DNA of 64,000 bases from the NCBI GenBank assembly GCA_963800785.1, contig CAWDCH010000016.1, positions 98,688 through 162,687 on the forward strand, read 5' to 3'. Each line of letters begins with the position of its first letter. Position 1 is the stretch's first letter. The DNA comes from Vicinamibacteria bacterium (GTDB lineage Bacteria; Acidobacteriota; Vicinamibacteria; Vicinamibacterales; JAENWD01). The notes under the pieces were generated by a model that ran no database searches, was not told where the DNA came from, and worked only from the letters and a program-made list of their open reading frames with translations. The position numbers were made by a program, and so were the translations under genes. Positions 1-10,221 of the stretch are shown one piece after another.

Positions 1-236
1 GCCTCGGCACCGTGCCGTTCGAGCATGGCCGGCTGGGGCAGATGATGCAGGCGCTGGAAGCGGCGTTTCCCGGCTCGAGAGCGGATCGGACCGACGGCCT
101 CAAGATCGCGGTTTCCGAAGGGTGGGTCCACGTGCGCGCCTCGAACACCGAGCCGATCATGCGGCTTGCGGTGGAGACTAGGACGCAGGGCGAGACGGAT
201 GGACTCTATAGCCGAGTGCTTCAGTTACTCGGCTGA
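1..236 (+). CDS. alpha-D-phosphohexomutase (phosphoglucosamine/phosphomannomutase family), C-terminal domain; 5' end outside window
   Basis: The frame is open from the window edge to the stop at 236. The translation GWVHVRASNTEPIMRLAVETR matches the conserved C-terminal SxTEPxxR motif of this family. Confidence 0.7.
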   Translation, partial: LGTVPFEHGRLGQMMQALEAAFPGSRADRTDGLKIAVSEGWVHVRASNTEPIMRLAVETRTQGETDGLYSRVLQLLG

Positions 237-322
237 GACCGATACAGGCTGGCCATCGCCAGGTCCGCGCCGGAAATCAGAAACACCAGGAAGAACAGAT
301 CGCTGCGGGCTACGGACTACGG

Positions 323-1269
323 CTACGGAACTGTCGCCGCGATCCGCGCGGTCTCTTCCCACAGCCGTCGCGCCATCTCGTCGTCCTGCGCCGCGAGCGT
401 TGGAGTCGCGCGGCGGCACTTCACGAAGTACTCACCGCTGACGCCTTCCACGTCGGGAGAGGACGCGAGGTAGACGAGCGTCTCGGCCCCTTGCTCGGGC
501 GTCAGGGCGAATCGCTTCCCGATCCGGACGCCAAGTGAAACCAGCCCACCGCTTTCGTCGCCGAAGCGGGTGGCCACGAACCCGGGATGAAAGCTGTTCG
601 CCGTCACGCCTGTGCCGGCCAGCCGTCGCGCGAGCTCGCGGGTGAACAGGATGTTGCACAATTTCGATCGTCCGTAGACGCGATAACCCGCTCCTCCGAA
701 TCGCATCCACTCCCATTTGCCCGATCGATACGCACGCTCCGATTGCAGGTCGTCCAGCTCCAGCGTCCCTGCGCGATGCGCGTCGGAACTCGTGTTGATC
801 ACGCGGGCTGGGACGCCGCGACCAGAGACGCTCTCGAAGTTCGCCGTCAGAACGAAGTAGGCCAGGTGGTTCAGCGCGAACGTTCGCTCCAGGCCGTCGG
901 CGGTGAGCTGGCGGAACCCGAACATCGCGCCCGCGTTGTTGATCAGGATGTCGATGCGAGGTTCGGCGTCGGCGATGTCGCGCGGCCGACACGCTTCATC
1001 TCGGCGAGACGCGAGAGGTCAGCGTAGTGGATTGCGTGGCGGACGCCGGGGGAGCTCGCCTGCAGACGCGTCATCGCGGCCTCGCCGCGCACCCGGTCGC
1101 GGGCGATCTGGACGATGCGCCCGCCCATCGCGGCGAGAGCGTCTGCAGCGACTTGGCCGATGCCTGACGTCGCACCGGTGATGACGATCACCTTGCCTGT
1201 GGCGTGGAACACTAACCCCTGCAGAGAAGCCACACCGTCATGTTCGGAAACTCGCGAAGCCGTCTTCAA
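323..1269 (-). pseudogene. short-chain dehydrogenase/reductase (SDR) split by a frameshift
   Basis: ORF 943-1269 carries the Rossmann motif VITGATSGIG. ORF 323-925 carries YGRSKLCN (YxxxK) and PGFVAT, and its frame read upstream gives DIADAEPRIDILINNAGAMFG. The two halves are in different frames, with the switch near 978-990. Confidence 0.75.
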
Positions 1270-1686
1270 TCAAGAAGACCCATCGGCGGCCTCGCAGTTG
1301 ATCAACCAGAGTATTCCAAACCGATCGACGACCATGCCGAAACGCACGGCCCAAAACGTCTCTTCGAGTGGCATCACAATCCTACCGTCAGCGGCTAGCT
1401 CACGAAAGATACGCTCGGCGTCTGCCGAGTTTGTGATTTGAAGCGAGAGCGAGAAGCCTCTGGGTGCCTCGTAGCGGTCCGGCATCACGGCCCCCATCAG
1501 TACCTGCTCCCCGATCGTCAGGCTGCCGTGCATGACTTTGTCCTGCCAGCCGTCCGGGACCTGGTCTGCCACTGGTGACCCGGCGTAACGGAAGATCGCC
1601 TTGATCTGGCCGCCGAGAGACTGCTGACAAAAAGCGAAGGCCGCTTCGCACTGTCCGTTGAAGCTCAGATACGGATTCATCTGCAT
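1270..1686 (-). CDS. VOC/glyoxalase-fold protein of the PhnB/YjdN (3-demethylubiquinone methyltransferase-like) type
   Basis: The 138-aa ORF starts MNPYLSFNGQCEAAF and ends FWAVRFGMVVDRFGILWLIN, which is typical of this family. Its stop abuts the SDR start. Confidence 0.7.
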   Translation of the reverse strand: MQMNPYLSFNGQCEAAFAFCQQSLGGQIKAIFRYAGSPVADQVPDGWQDKVMHGSLTIGEQVLMGAVMPDRYEAPRGFSLSLQITNSADAERIFRELAADGRIVMPLEETFWAVRFGMVVDRFGILWLINCEAADGSS

Positions 1687-2329
1687 GATCGACCTTTTCG
1701 GGCGTCAAGTTCGTTGATTCGCCAGCGCGTATCGTATGTTTCAGGAAGCGATTGCAACCAGATTCGACGCGCAAGTCCTTCCAGATCGCCTTGACTGGGA
1801 GGTCGTCCGACAATCCTCCAATCATCGTGCTGCAGAGCTGGAAAGAAGACAGCGAGCGCGCAGTATTACAACGGCACGTGGATCGTGTTCACGCTGCTGG
1901 CATGGGTCGCCGTCGATTTTCTCGTCGAGCGGCGCAGCCAGATCCGATGGAGCGGGGTAGCAATAACGGGCCTGCTTGCCGCGGCGTTGCTGGCCACGGT
2001 CGTGACCATCGCCGTTCGCTTGCACTGCAGCCACGGCACGCGTGGGGTGTAACGGGCCGACCATCAGCAATCAACAGCGAGTGGCTCGCACGATCGCGCG
2101 GCTTTCACCGTCAAGCCGCGTCGTACCTCACGTGAGCCTGTACAAGAGATACCCGCACACGCTGGCCATTCTGCGGGAATTGAATCCGGGCCCTCCCGGC
2201 GATCGTCTGGACTGGGACGCCGATGTGCGGTATGCGTCGGACGATCCGGCGTCCGGCGCGATCGAGGTTGACGGTGTCGATAGCGTATGGTTCTTCGCGG
2301 AGGCGTAGCGCCGTCTGAAGCATGTAGCC

Positions 2330-3841
2330 TTAGCCAGACATACTCCGCTCCTTCGAATCCTGCAGGATGAAATTCACATCCGGGGTCCCTTCGGCAATCA
2401 CCAGGATCTGATAGGAAAACAGCGTCCGGCTGATCCGGATGAGGGCCTGGTTGATGGCGAGTGCGGTCCTCCCGAGCAGGCCGGTGCCCAGGACCTTGGG
2501 GAAGGGCGCCGGGACGCCGCGAATCTCCTTGATTCGGAACCCGGCATCAGTGAGCAGCCGCCGGATGGCCCTGAACGTGAACAGCCGCGTGTGCGTGCGG
2601 TCGAGGATGCCGGCCTTCCCGTAGTTGAACTGCCCGAGCAAAAGCATGACGCGCTGGATCGCGAAAGCCACGTTGGGCGTGGTGAGGACCAGCGTCGGCG
2701 GCGAGTAGTCGAACTGAGCGCGGATGCGCTCGATGAATCGCTCGGGCTCCTTCAGGTGCTCGATCACGTCCAGCAGCAGCACGTAGTCATAACCGCGGAC
2801 GCTGAAGGTCGGCTCGTCGTCCAGGTCCTGCCGGAAGCATGTCATGAGCGGGTAGTCGGTCTGGTCGGGGAACGCGCAATCGACGACGGCGACCTTGCAG
2901 CCCTTCTTCACGAGCTCGCGAGCGACCCCTCCCGGACCTGCGCCGAGGTCGATGACCTTCGCCCCGGCCGGCACAGCGTCAAGGGCGAACTGATGGCTGC
3001 TCGGGTATCCGAGCTTCAAGTCGTAGTGCGCGTTGGCGTGCTCGCTGATCGGGTCGAACCGGCGCTGATACAGGATCCCCGAGCGATGCGTGACGCTCTG
3101 CAGCGTGGCCACCGTCACGTCCCTGGCGTACTTAATGCCGTTCACCCGGCTGATCTCGCCGCCGTAATACGTGGGAATGGACAGCTCGAGGATTCGTTGT
3201 CTCGCGTTGAGCAGCTGGATGATGATTTCGGTGTCGAAGTGGAACAGGTTGGAGTTCAGATGAAATGGGACCGTCTTCAGCGCCTGCACGGAGTAGACGC
3301 GATACCCACTGTGGAATTCGGTGAGCTTCGTTCCCAGCAGACGGTTCTGCATGCCGGTGAGGATCCGGTTCCCGACAAACTTGTAGAGCGGCATGCCCCC
3401 CTTCAGCGCGCCAAGCCGGGTCATCATGCGGCTGCCGAACACCGCATCAGCCTCGCCGCCCGCGATCGGCGCTACCAGCCTCGGAAGCTCCTCCGGTGCG
3501 TACTGCCCGTCTCCATGCACCATCGCCACGAAGTCGAACGCTTCGCGGATCGCAAATGCGTAGCCGACCTTCTGATTCCCTCCGTAACCCTGGTTGTACT
3601 CGTTGCGCAGAACCGTCATGCGGATCTGAGGATGGGTCTGCTGGTACTGCCGTCCGATCTCGGATGTTCGATCGTGAGACGCGTCGTCGACGATCAGAAC
3701 TTCGCAATCGTACTGGTCGAAGATCGAGCGCGGGATCCGTTCGAGCACCGACCTCAGCGTGTCTTCGGCGTAATAGGCGATGACGAACACGAGGAGCCGG
3801 TGCTGGCGGCTTTCGGCCATCCGGCGACTATACAACCCCAT
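2330..3841 (-). CDS. bifunctional glycosyltransferase family 2 / class I SAM-dependent methyltransferase fusion
   Basis: The N-terminal half has GT2 signatures (VFVIAYYAE, VDDASHD, MVHGDGQY). The C-terminal half has SAM motif I (VIDLGAGPGG) and the LLLDVIEHL motif. Confidence 0.75.
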   Translation of the reverse strand: MGLYSRRMAESRQHRLLVFVIAYYAEDTLRSVLERIPRSIFDQYDCEVLIVDDASHDRTSEIGRQYQQTHPQIRMTVLRNEYNQGYGGNQKVGYAFAIREAFDFVAMVHGDGQYAPEELPRLVAPIAGGEADAVFGSRMMTRLGALKGGMPLYKFVGNRILTGMQNRLLGTKLTEFHSGYRVYSVQALKTVPFHLNSNLFHFDTEIIIQLLNARQRILELSIPTYYGGEISRVNGIKYARDVTVATLQSVTHRSGILYQRRFDPISEHANAHYDLKLGYPSSHQFALDAVPAGAKVIDLGAGPGGVARELVKKGCKVAVVDCAFPDQTDYPLMTCFRQDLDDEPTFSVRGYDYVLLLDVIEHLKEPERFIERIRAQFDYSPPTLVLTTPNVAFAIQRVMLLLGQFNYGKAGILDRTHTRLFTFRAIRRLLTDAGFRIKEIRGVPAPFPKVLGTGLLGRTALAINQALIRISRTLFSYQILVIAEGTPDVNFILQDSKERSMSG

Positions 3842-3982
3842 CCTGCTTGGGGCAGCAGGACGTTCATGCCCGTCGGCTGGAGGGCCAGAGTGAGCGAAGC
3901 GAGCAATTGGATCTGCCCGGTCGCCACGACGGCCAGCAGAACGGCAGGGCGCGCGCCCACCAGCGCTTCCGTTTTCCGGGGG

Positions 3983-4729
3983 TCACTTCGGCGCGACGAC
4001 CTGATAACCAGAGGACACTTTCTGGTAGTGGGTCGTTCCGCACTGCGAGTAGGTGGCCCCGCCCGAATTGACGGACGTGCAGCCTGCCGGCAGCGTCGCG
4101 ATGACCGCGCCTGGCGGTGGCTCTATCACCTGGTAGACGACCTGCCCCTCGTGCATCGCCTTCGAATAGAACGTGCCATTGTCGTAGTAGTACGTGGTGT
4201 TGCTGACGACGACCGGCGCTGCCTGCGCCGGAGGCTTCCGCAGCAGCGTCCCGATGGCGATGCCCGCGGCCACGCCGGCTGCGACGCCAGCCGCCGTGCG
4301 CCACGCGTCGTTGTCCTCGTACACGGCGACGCCGCCTCGATAGCCGTAGCGCCCCGCCCTGGCAGCGCCTTCCTCCCCGACGACGACAGCGCCGCGCGGC
4401 CCGACGGCCGCGGCCCCCTCTTCGCCCACCACGACACCGCCGCGGGCCGCCGGAGCACGATAGCCGCGGTTTACAGTCGACACGCCCTCCTCAGTCTTCA
4501 CCGCCGCGCCGCGCCGGGTCACGGCTGCAGAGCCCTCTTCCGTCTTCACCGCTGCGCCGCGAGGGCCCGCCGCCGCGCCGCCCTCTTCGGTCTTCACGGA
4601 AGCCCCCCGGCGCGCCGCGCGCGCCTGCGCCAGGAGGCCCGACGTGGCCTGCATGGCCAACGCTGCAATCAGCCCCGCCGCAATCGCGGAGCGGGTCCAG
4701 TTCCGGTTGCTCGATATTGCTGTCATCAC
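3983..4729 (-). CDS. secreted/membrane-anchored hypothetical protein with 16-aa tandem repeats
   Basis: A signal-like N-terminus is followed by about 5 repeats (RGAAVKTEEG / RGAVVVGEEGAA) and a Gly/Ala hydrophobic segment. A Tyr-rich C-terminal domain follows (TTYYYDNGTFY ... GYQVVAPK). Confidence 0.55.
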   Translation of the reverse strand: MMTAISSNRNWTRSAIAAGLIAALAMQATSGLLAQARAARRGASVKTEEGGAAAGPRGAAVKTEEGSAAVTRRGAAVKTEEGVSTVNRGYRAPAARGGVVVGEEGAAAVGPRGAVVVGEEGAARAGRYGYRGGVAVYEDNDAWRTAAGVAAGVAAGIAIGTLLRKPPAQAAPVVVSNTTYYYDNGTFYSKAMHEGQVVYQVIEPPPGAVIATLPAGCTSVNSGGATYSQCGTTHYQKVSSGYQVVAPK

Positions 4730-4758
4730 GACCTCTCGGCTCTCTAACTTTAGTACCG

Positions 4759-5583
4759 CTATGGTTTGGACGAGCTTGCCGCGGGCGCCGGCGGGGAGGG
4801 GGCCGATCCAGTCGTCGCCGCCTTAGCCACCACGATTTGGACGCGCTCGTACCCGGCCGGCACTTCTGGAGCGAACGTCGCGTCGGCCGCCTCGCCACCC
4901 AACGTCCACTTGTCGAACACGACCTCCGTCGTCCTCGGGCGAGTGGACGTCTTGCTGGTGACGCGAAACTTCTTCGGCAACGTATCCCCCTCTTCGGAGA
5001 CCCAGAGATCCCAGTCGACAGCGGGGTGCTTGTAGGCGACGTGGAGGCACGGCACGCTCTCGATCGTCTCGCGGCCGACGTAGCCTCCGGTGGACTTCGT
5101 GCCGATCAGGGCGTCGTATGGCGAGCTGTAGAGGAAGTCGGCCATCGGCATCGGCATGGCGAGATGATCGGCCAGCCGGTCGAGCGTGTCGTCGATTGTG
5201 GGCGCGCCGTTGACGCGGGCCCACACCTTGTGCGGATCAGATACGAACGTCAGCTTGCTGCCGTCGTACCAGCCACGCAGGTCCATGTCGCCGGTCACGC
5301 GCAGGGCCAGACGGTCCGGCCGCCGCACGGTCAGCCGGCGCGTCGTGCGCACCGTGATTTCCTTCCCGCCCCGGGCGCGCGTGCGCGTGTCGGTGGTCTC
5401 GACCGCGAAGGTCCGAGCGCCAGCCAGGCGATCGCTCATCCGGCGGACGATCTCGTCACCGCGTTGCCGCCGGGCTTCAGGCGTCGTGGGCTCTCGGGAG
5501 CAGCCCACTCCGGCCAGCGAGACGACGCACGCGATCAGGACAACGCTCGTTCGCGCGCGGGTTGTGGGTGCGATTGCGTGCAT
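4759..5583 (-). CDS. DUF2092-family (LolA-like) periplasmic lipoprotein
   Basis: The internal Met (MHAIAP) is followed by a lipobox-like LAGVGCS. The body (VRRPDRLALRV, WYDGSKLTF, MPMADFLY) resembles DUF2092. The ORF-track start at 5661 is probably too far upstream. Confidence 0.65.
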   Translation of the reverse strand: MHAIAPTTRARTSVVLIACVVSLAGVGCSREPTTPEARRQRGDEIVRRMSDRLAGARTFAVETTDTRTRARGGKEITVRTTRRLTVRRPDRLALRVTGDMDLRGWYDGSKLTFVSDPHKVWARVNGAPTIDDTLDRLADHLAMPMPMADFLYSSPYDALIGTKSTGGYVGRETIESVPCLHVAYKHPAVDWDLWVSEEGDTLPKKFRVTSKTSTRPRTTEVVFDKWTLGGEAADATFAPEVPAGYERVQIVVAKAATTGSAPSPPAPAASSSKP

Positions 5584-6042
5584 CTTGCCTCCAGATCGTC
5601 TCCGCTCGACTCGGTCTGATGTCGTTCCTCGCGACGCTTCGTACAGCTGGCACGGCAGCATTTGCCGCTGGATGAATGGCTGTGCTCGGGATCCAAGGGA
5701 GCCGGCAGGCGAGGAGACGACTCGCTGGGCGGCTGGGGCATTCTACGACGACCGGAGCGGCGGCGACGGTACGATTCCGGTTCCGGAGCGCCGGCGCACG
5801 GCGGGCCCTACGCTTCAACGCGATGCGCTTCGCGAGAGTGGGCGAACAGACCAGGCTTCGAGATTGATGAGCTGCGCCGGCCGGCTGGACAACGACGCGA
5901 GACGTCTCCGACTGCCGACGTGGCGTCGAGCGCTGCGAGGATGGAGTTCGCAACCGCTCAGGAGATAGGGAGGCCCCGCAGGTCGACGCGCGCTGGTCGT
6001 CTTTGCCAACGCGCCCGTCGTTGACGTGTACCAGCCCGAAGG

Positions 6043-6747
6043 TCAGCCGCCTGCCGCCGCCCTCGTCGCCGTCGTGGGCACCGCGCGCACGATGAACCGC
6101 TGCGGGGCCGGGCCGACGTGGTAGAACGGGTAGCAGCCGACGAGCGTCACTGCGGGTCCTGGTGTCGGCGCGATGACGCTGACGTCGGTCGGGATCGTGA
6201 TCCGGATCCACTCCACGCGGTATTGCTCGGTCGCGACTGGTGTCTCCAGCACGAGTGCGTCGCCCTCTTTGAGGTTTCCCAGCACTCGGAAGTAGCCGTC
6301 ACGGTGGGCCGCGATGCCGACGTTGCCCGTGGTCCCGGGTAGGGCCGTTCCCTCAATCCGACCCGCCGCGAGGTCGAGCACCGCGTCTGTCGTGCCGTCG
6401 TAGACCGGCACTTCGAGCGTGAGCCGCGGAATGCGCAAGATGGCGAGCGCGGGTGGCGTTGCCCTTTGCAGCGCGGTCTTGTAGGCCTTCACCCGGTTCG
6501 GCGACCAGAGCTTCATGTCGACTTTCCCGTTCCATGAGAGTTCTCGCCGCGGCGGGGGCGGTGGCGGCTCAGCGGATGCGGGAGCCGGTTCCGGCGCCGC
6601 CGTGGTGGCGGCCGCCCGATTGTCGGCCGCTGGGGCGTCACTGCCGCGGCCGCACGAGGAAAGTGTCGCGAGGACGATCGCGATGCCCGCAAACGGCAGG
6701 GTCCGATTCGAGCGAGAGCGGTGAGTCATCATCGAGGAACCCTCCAT
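6043..6747 (-). CDS. sortase-family transpeptidase (class D/E-like), lipoprotein-type N-terminus
   Basis: The catalytic triad context is visible: GNVGIAAHRDGYF (His), VTLVGCYPF (Cys) and QRFIVRA (Arg). The N-terminus has LATLSSCG. Confidence 0.7.
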   Translation of the reverse strand: MEGSSMMTHRSRSNRTLPFAGIAIVLATLSSCGRGSDAPAADNRAAATTAAPEPAPASAEPPPPPPRRELSWNGKVDMKLWSPNRVKAYKTALQRATPPALAILRIPRLTLEVPVYDGTTDAVLDLAAGRIEGTALPGTTGNVGIAAHRDGYFRVLGNLKEGDALVLETPVATEQYRVEWIRITIPTDVSVIAPTPGPAVTLVGCYPFYHVGPAPQRFIVRAVPTTATRAAAGG

Positions 6748-7322
6748 CCGAAAAGCGCGTCAGTCGAGTCCCTCGCCTAAATCCTCGCACGGCGATTCAC
6801 GCGCGTTCGGCAGGTCGACCGGTAATCGAGCGGACAGTTGATCGGCCAAAGCTCGCCCAAGCGTCCAGGAACTTGGCGGCGGCGATATAGATGGCGTCTA
6901 CCTCGCAGAAGATACCAGGCTCGAGCCTCCCTCAGCACTGCTGTTCGTCGGTGGGGGCGACCGGAACCTGATGCGCCCCGTTCCCGTCGATCTCCGCCAG
7001 TTCCTCGAGCGTCACGCGTAGTATTGCTCGCCCGGCTCGAGTGGACAACCCGGTTGCCGATCCCGCGTGAGCCGTATGCCACGTCCTATGGTCTTCGGGA
7101 CGCCCACGTACGAGTGAAAACGACGTCGCGGTGCGGCGTCACCGCTTTCGCGGCCGCGTGATCTCAGGAGCGATTTGATAGGCGGCCATTCGATTCGCAC
7201 AAGTTCGCACACGGCTATACTGGGCCGGCCGCCTAGCTCGAGCCTGATCAGCTCCGGGCGAACGCCGCGGACCCTGCGCGGCGGCGGCGCCTTTTTTCCA
7301 GGGATGAATCGCCGAGGGAGCG

Positions 7323-7544
7323 ATGGAAACCGTGCAGTTTTGGCGCGAGCTCGAGTCGGAGGTTTCGACTCTCTGCAAACGCCCGGGGGCCGACTACTTG
7401 CACGCCGTTCACAACGAAACAACTCCCGTTGAAATCGCTAACTTGGTAGAAGCGGTCGCTGAGCGGATGAAGAGTGCGATCCAAGACGCATCGCCGGAAG
7501 CGGCCGCTGCCCCGATGCTGTCGTCACCGACGGCCATATCGTGA
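7323..7544 (+). CDS. hypothetical small protein
   Basis: A 73-aa ORF preceded by a GAGGGAG Shine-Dalgarno-like sequence. I recognise no family. Confidence 0.25.
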   Translation: METVQFWRELESEVSTLCKRPGADYLHAVHNETTPVEIANLVEAVAERMKSAIQDASPEAAAAPMLSSPTAIS

Positions 7545-7768
7545 CGGCGCCTGCATCGCCGGCGCATCCGGCGTGGCTCGCGCAGTTCTTCAGCCTGTTG
7601 GGCACGCGGATCGAGCACTCGTCGATGGTCGCCGTCTGAGCGGCCAGCTCGCCGCTTCGCTGATCGAAATGGGCCTCCGGCGAATCGCGGGTATCCTCCT
7701 GGCTGGCCAGTTCTCTTCAGTCGACCGCAAACCCGGCTCGTGCCCGAGGAACCGTCGGCGGCAATAAT

Positions 7769-9367
7769 ATGACCTCGAAAAGGCGCCTTGCCGATCCTCA
7801 CGATCCGCCTGCCCGAATGATGATCGAGACCCGACCCTCAGCAGCGGCGCCGCGCCGCATGTGGCTGGGGCGAAGACTCGAAACACTGTTCTCCCTCGCG
7901 GCCCTCGGCCTATCCGCAGTCACCCTGGTCTTCTATGCGATCGTCGTTCTGACGCACTTATCGGATAGGCACAACATTGACTGGATGGCAGGCATCTGGA
8001 TTGCCCTGGCAAAGTTCGTGAACTCTGGCACGCTCTACCCCCCGCTGTATGACGGTGCCTCTTTCGGCGGCACCCGCTATATGCCCATCTTTTTCGTCCT
8101 TCATTCCGTGTGGGCTCAGTTGTTCGGCCAGAACTATTTGCTCTCGGGCAAATTGCTTTCGCTGGTGATCGTGATCGCACTGACGAGCGTGACGTTCGCG
8201 ATCGTTCGTCGCTTTGGCGTTCCTCGTTCCTTCGCGCTCCTGCTCGCGACCCATTTGCTGCTTACTGGCCCCGGGCTTCAGGCAGCCACCAGCATCAGGG
8301 CCGACGCTCTTGCGGCACTCTTCCAATTGAGTGCGGTCGCCTTGATCGCCCATCTGGGCCCGCGACTCGCCGTTCCTGCGGCCGCGCTCGCGGCGTTGGC
8401 AGTGTTCACAAAGTTCAATGCCTTGTGGGCTCCCACCGCAATCGCGGTGTGGCTCTTTCTCGAGCATCGTCGCAGTTTCGTCCCGTTCGTGGCAAGCTTC
8501 ATCGGATTTGTCTTCGCGTCAGCGTCTGTCGTCCAGCTCGTTAGTCGTGGCCATTTTTTCGAGAGCCTCGCAACGATGGCCAACAGCGGCATCCGTCTGG
8601 GGTTCGCAGTCCAGAAGTCGACTGTCTACACCCTGGAGATGGTTCTGACCGATGCCCCAGCGACGTGGGCCCTGGTTCCGTTTGTGGCAGCCAGTTGGGT
8701 GCTGGCAGCCCGACGGCGGCAACTCACTGTTTACCACTTCGCGTGGCTGGCTTCGATGATTATCCTCCTCGTGGTGATGGCGGATTCGGGAACGGGCGCA
8801 AATCACTTCGTCGAGCCGATCGTCCTCGGCTCGGTCGTCCTCGCGACACTGTGGCCCGCGCATGCTTCTGACATGTCTTCAGCGATTCGCGTCGTCGTCG
8901 CGACGGCCGTGCTGTGGGCGGGCGCGAGTGGCCTAGTCCTCCACTTACGTGCACCCGTGCAGGAGCTCATCCGCGGGCGTGCCCATCCGCAACCGTGCGG
9001 CGATTCCGCCGGGCGAGTGTGCCCGACAGTCGACGCACTGCTCGCCAGAATTTCGCGCGGAACTCGGGTACTCGCAGAGGATCCGTCCATACCTGTTGCT
9101 CGTGGAGAGCTTCCGGTTGTTCTCGACGCATGGGCGATTCCAAAGATTGAGCGTCGACACCCAGAGTGGGTGGCGCAATTAGCAAGACGGGTCGAGGCTC
9201 GCGAGTTCGACTATGTGATTCTGCTGCATCGCTACGAACAAGTCGATCCTGAGTTCAAGCTGTGGTACGCAGACGAATTCGGGAAGACCGTTATGTCTGC
9301 CGTCAAACGACGGTACACCTGGGTTGGCGAAGTCGATGGCTTCCATCTGTACGAACCCCGCAAATAA
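7769..9367 (+). CDS. large polytopic membrane protein, possibly a GT-C-type glycosyltransferase
   Basis: Many hydrophobic segments span the first ~370 aa, followed by a soluble C-terminal ~140 aa. The function is inferred only from this architecture and the envelope-gene neighbourhood. Confidence 0.5.
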   Translation: MTSKRRLADPHDPPARMMIETRPSAAAPRRMWLGRRLETLFSLAALGLSAVTLVFYAIVVLTHLSDRHNIDWMAGIWIALAKFVNSGTLYPPLYDGASFGGTRYMPIFFVLHSVWAQLFGQNYLLSGKLLSLVIVIALTSVTFAIVRRFGVPRSFALLLATHLLLTGPGLQAATSIRADALAALFQLSAVALIAHLGPRLAVPAAALAALAVFTKFNALWAPTAIAVWLFLEHRRSFVPFVASFIGFVFASASVVQLVSRGHFFESLATMANSGIRLGFAVQKSTVYTLEMVLTDAPATWALVPFVAASWVLAARRRQLTVYHFAWLASMIILLVVMADSGTGANHFVEPIVLGSVVLATLWPAHASDMSSAIRVVVATAVLWAGASGLVLHLRAPVQELIRGRAHPQPCGDSAGRVCPTVDALLARISRGTRVLAEDPSIPVARGELPVVLDAWAIPKIERRHPEWVAQLARRVEAREFDYVILLHRYEQVDPEFKLWYADEFGKTVMSAVKRRYTWVGEVDGFHLYEPRK

Positions 9368-9438
9368 CGCGGTCGACGGGCTCGAAGTCAAGGCGACCAA
9401 GAGCAGTCCGTCGCTCACGATAGCAACTGTCTTGAAAG

Positions 9439-9825
<387 letters not shown>

Positions 9826-10221
9826 GTGTCAGGCCGGTTCAAGATCGATCGCGCGAGCCCGCTGCCGGTCTACGTGCAGCTGGCCGAGCAGATCCGCCTG
9901 CTTGTCCGCCGTGGCGCGCTCAGCCCGGGCGACCCGCTCCCGACCGTGCGCGAGCTCGCCGTCGCGCTCGGCATCAATGCGAACACAGTAACGCGAGTCT
10001 ATCGCGATCTGCAGCAGGAGGGCCTGCTCCGCCTGGAGCGCGGCCTGGGAACGTTCGTCCAGCCGCAGCAGCGCGAGCCGACGCTCGTCGATCGCGACTA
10101 TCAGCGCATCGTCAAGCGGACAAGGGAGCTGGTGGCGCTCTGTCGGGAGTCCGGGCTCACAGCGCGTGAGCTCGCGCAACTCGTGGACGGTGTCTGGAAG
10201 GAGGTCGATCGTGAAGGGTAG
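9826..10221 (+). CDS. GntR-family (YtrA-like) transcriptional regulator
   Basis: Winged-helix motif LPTVRELAVALGINANTVTRVYRDLQQEGLL. The short 131-aa length is typical of the YtrA subfamily. Confidence 0.8.
   Translation: MSGRFKIDRASPLPVYVQLAEQIRLLVRRGALSPGDPLPTVRELAVALGINANTVTRVYRDLQQEGLLRLERGLGTFVQPQQREPTLVDRDYQRIVKRTRELVALCRESGLTARELAQLVDGVWKEVDREG

Noticed and set aside
1864-2052. Possible small 2-TM ORF (…WIVFTLLAWVAVDFLV…VAITGLLAAALLATVVTIAV…) between the VOC and GT2 genes
   Set aside because: The hydrophobic pattern is suggestive. However, the only in-frame start is a GTG inside the first TM segment, there is no SD, and the ORF is under 60 aa. The evidence is insufficient.
6790-7100. 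Possible PIN-domain (VapC-like) toxin remnant on the minus strand (…EVDAIYIAAAKFLDAW…)
   Set aside because: Only a ~12-residue resemblance is present. The frame is broken by stops, and there is no N-terminal acidic motif and no antitoxin partner.
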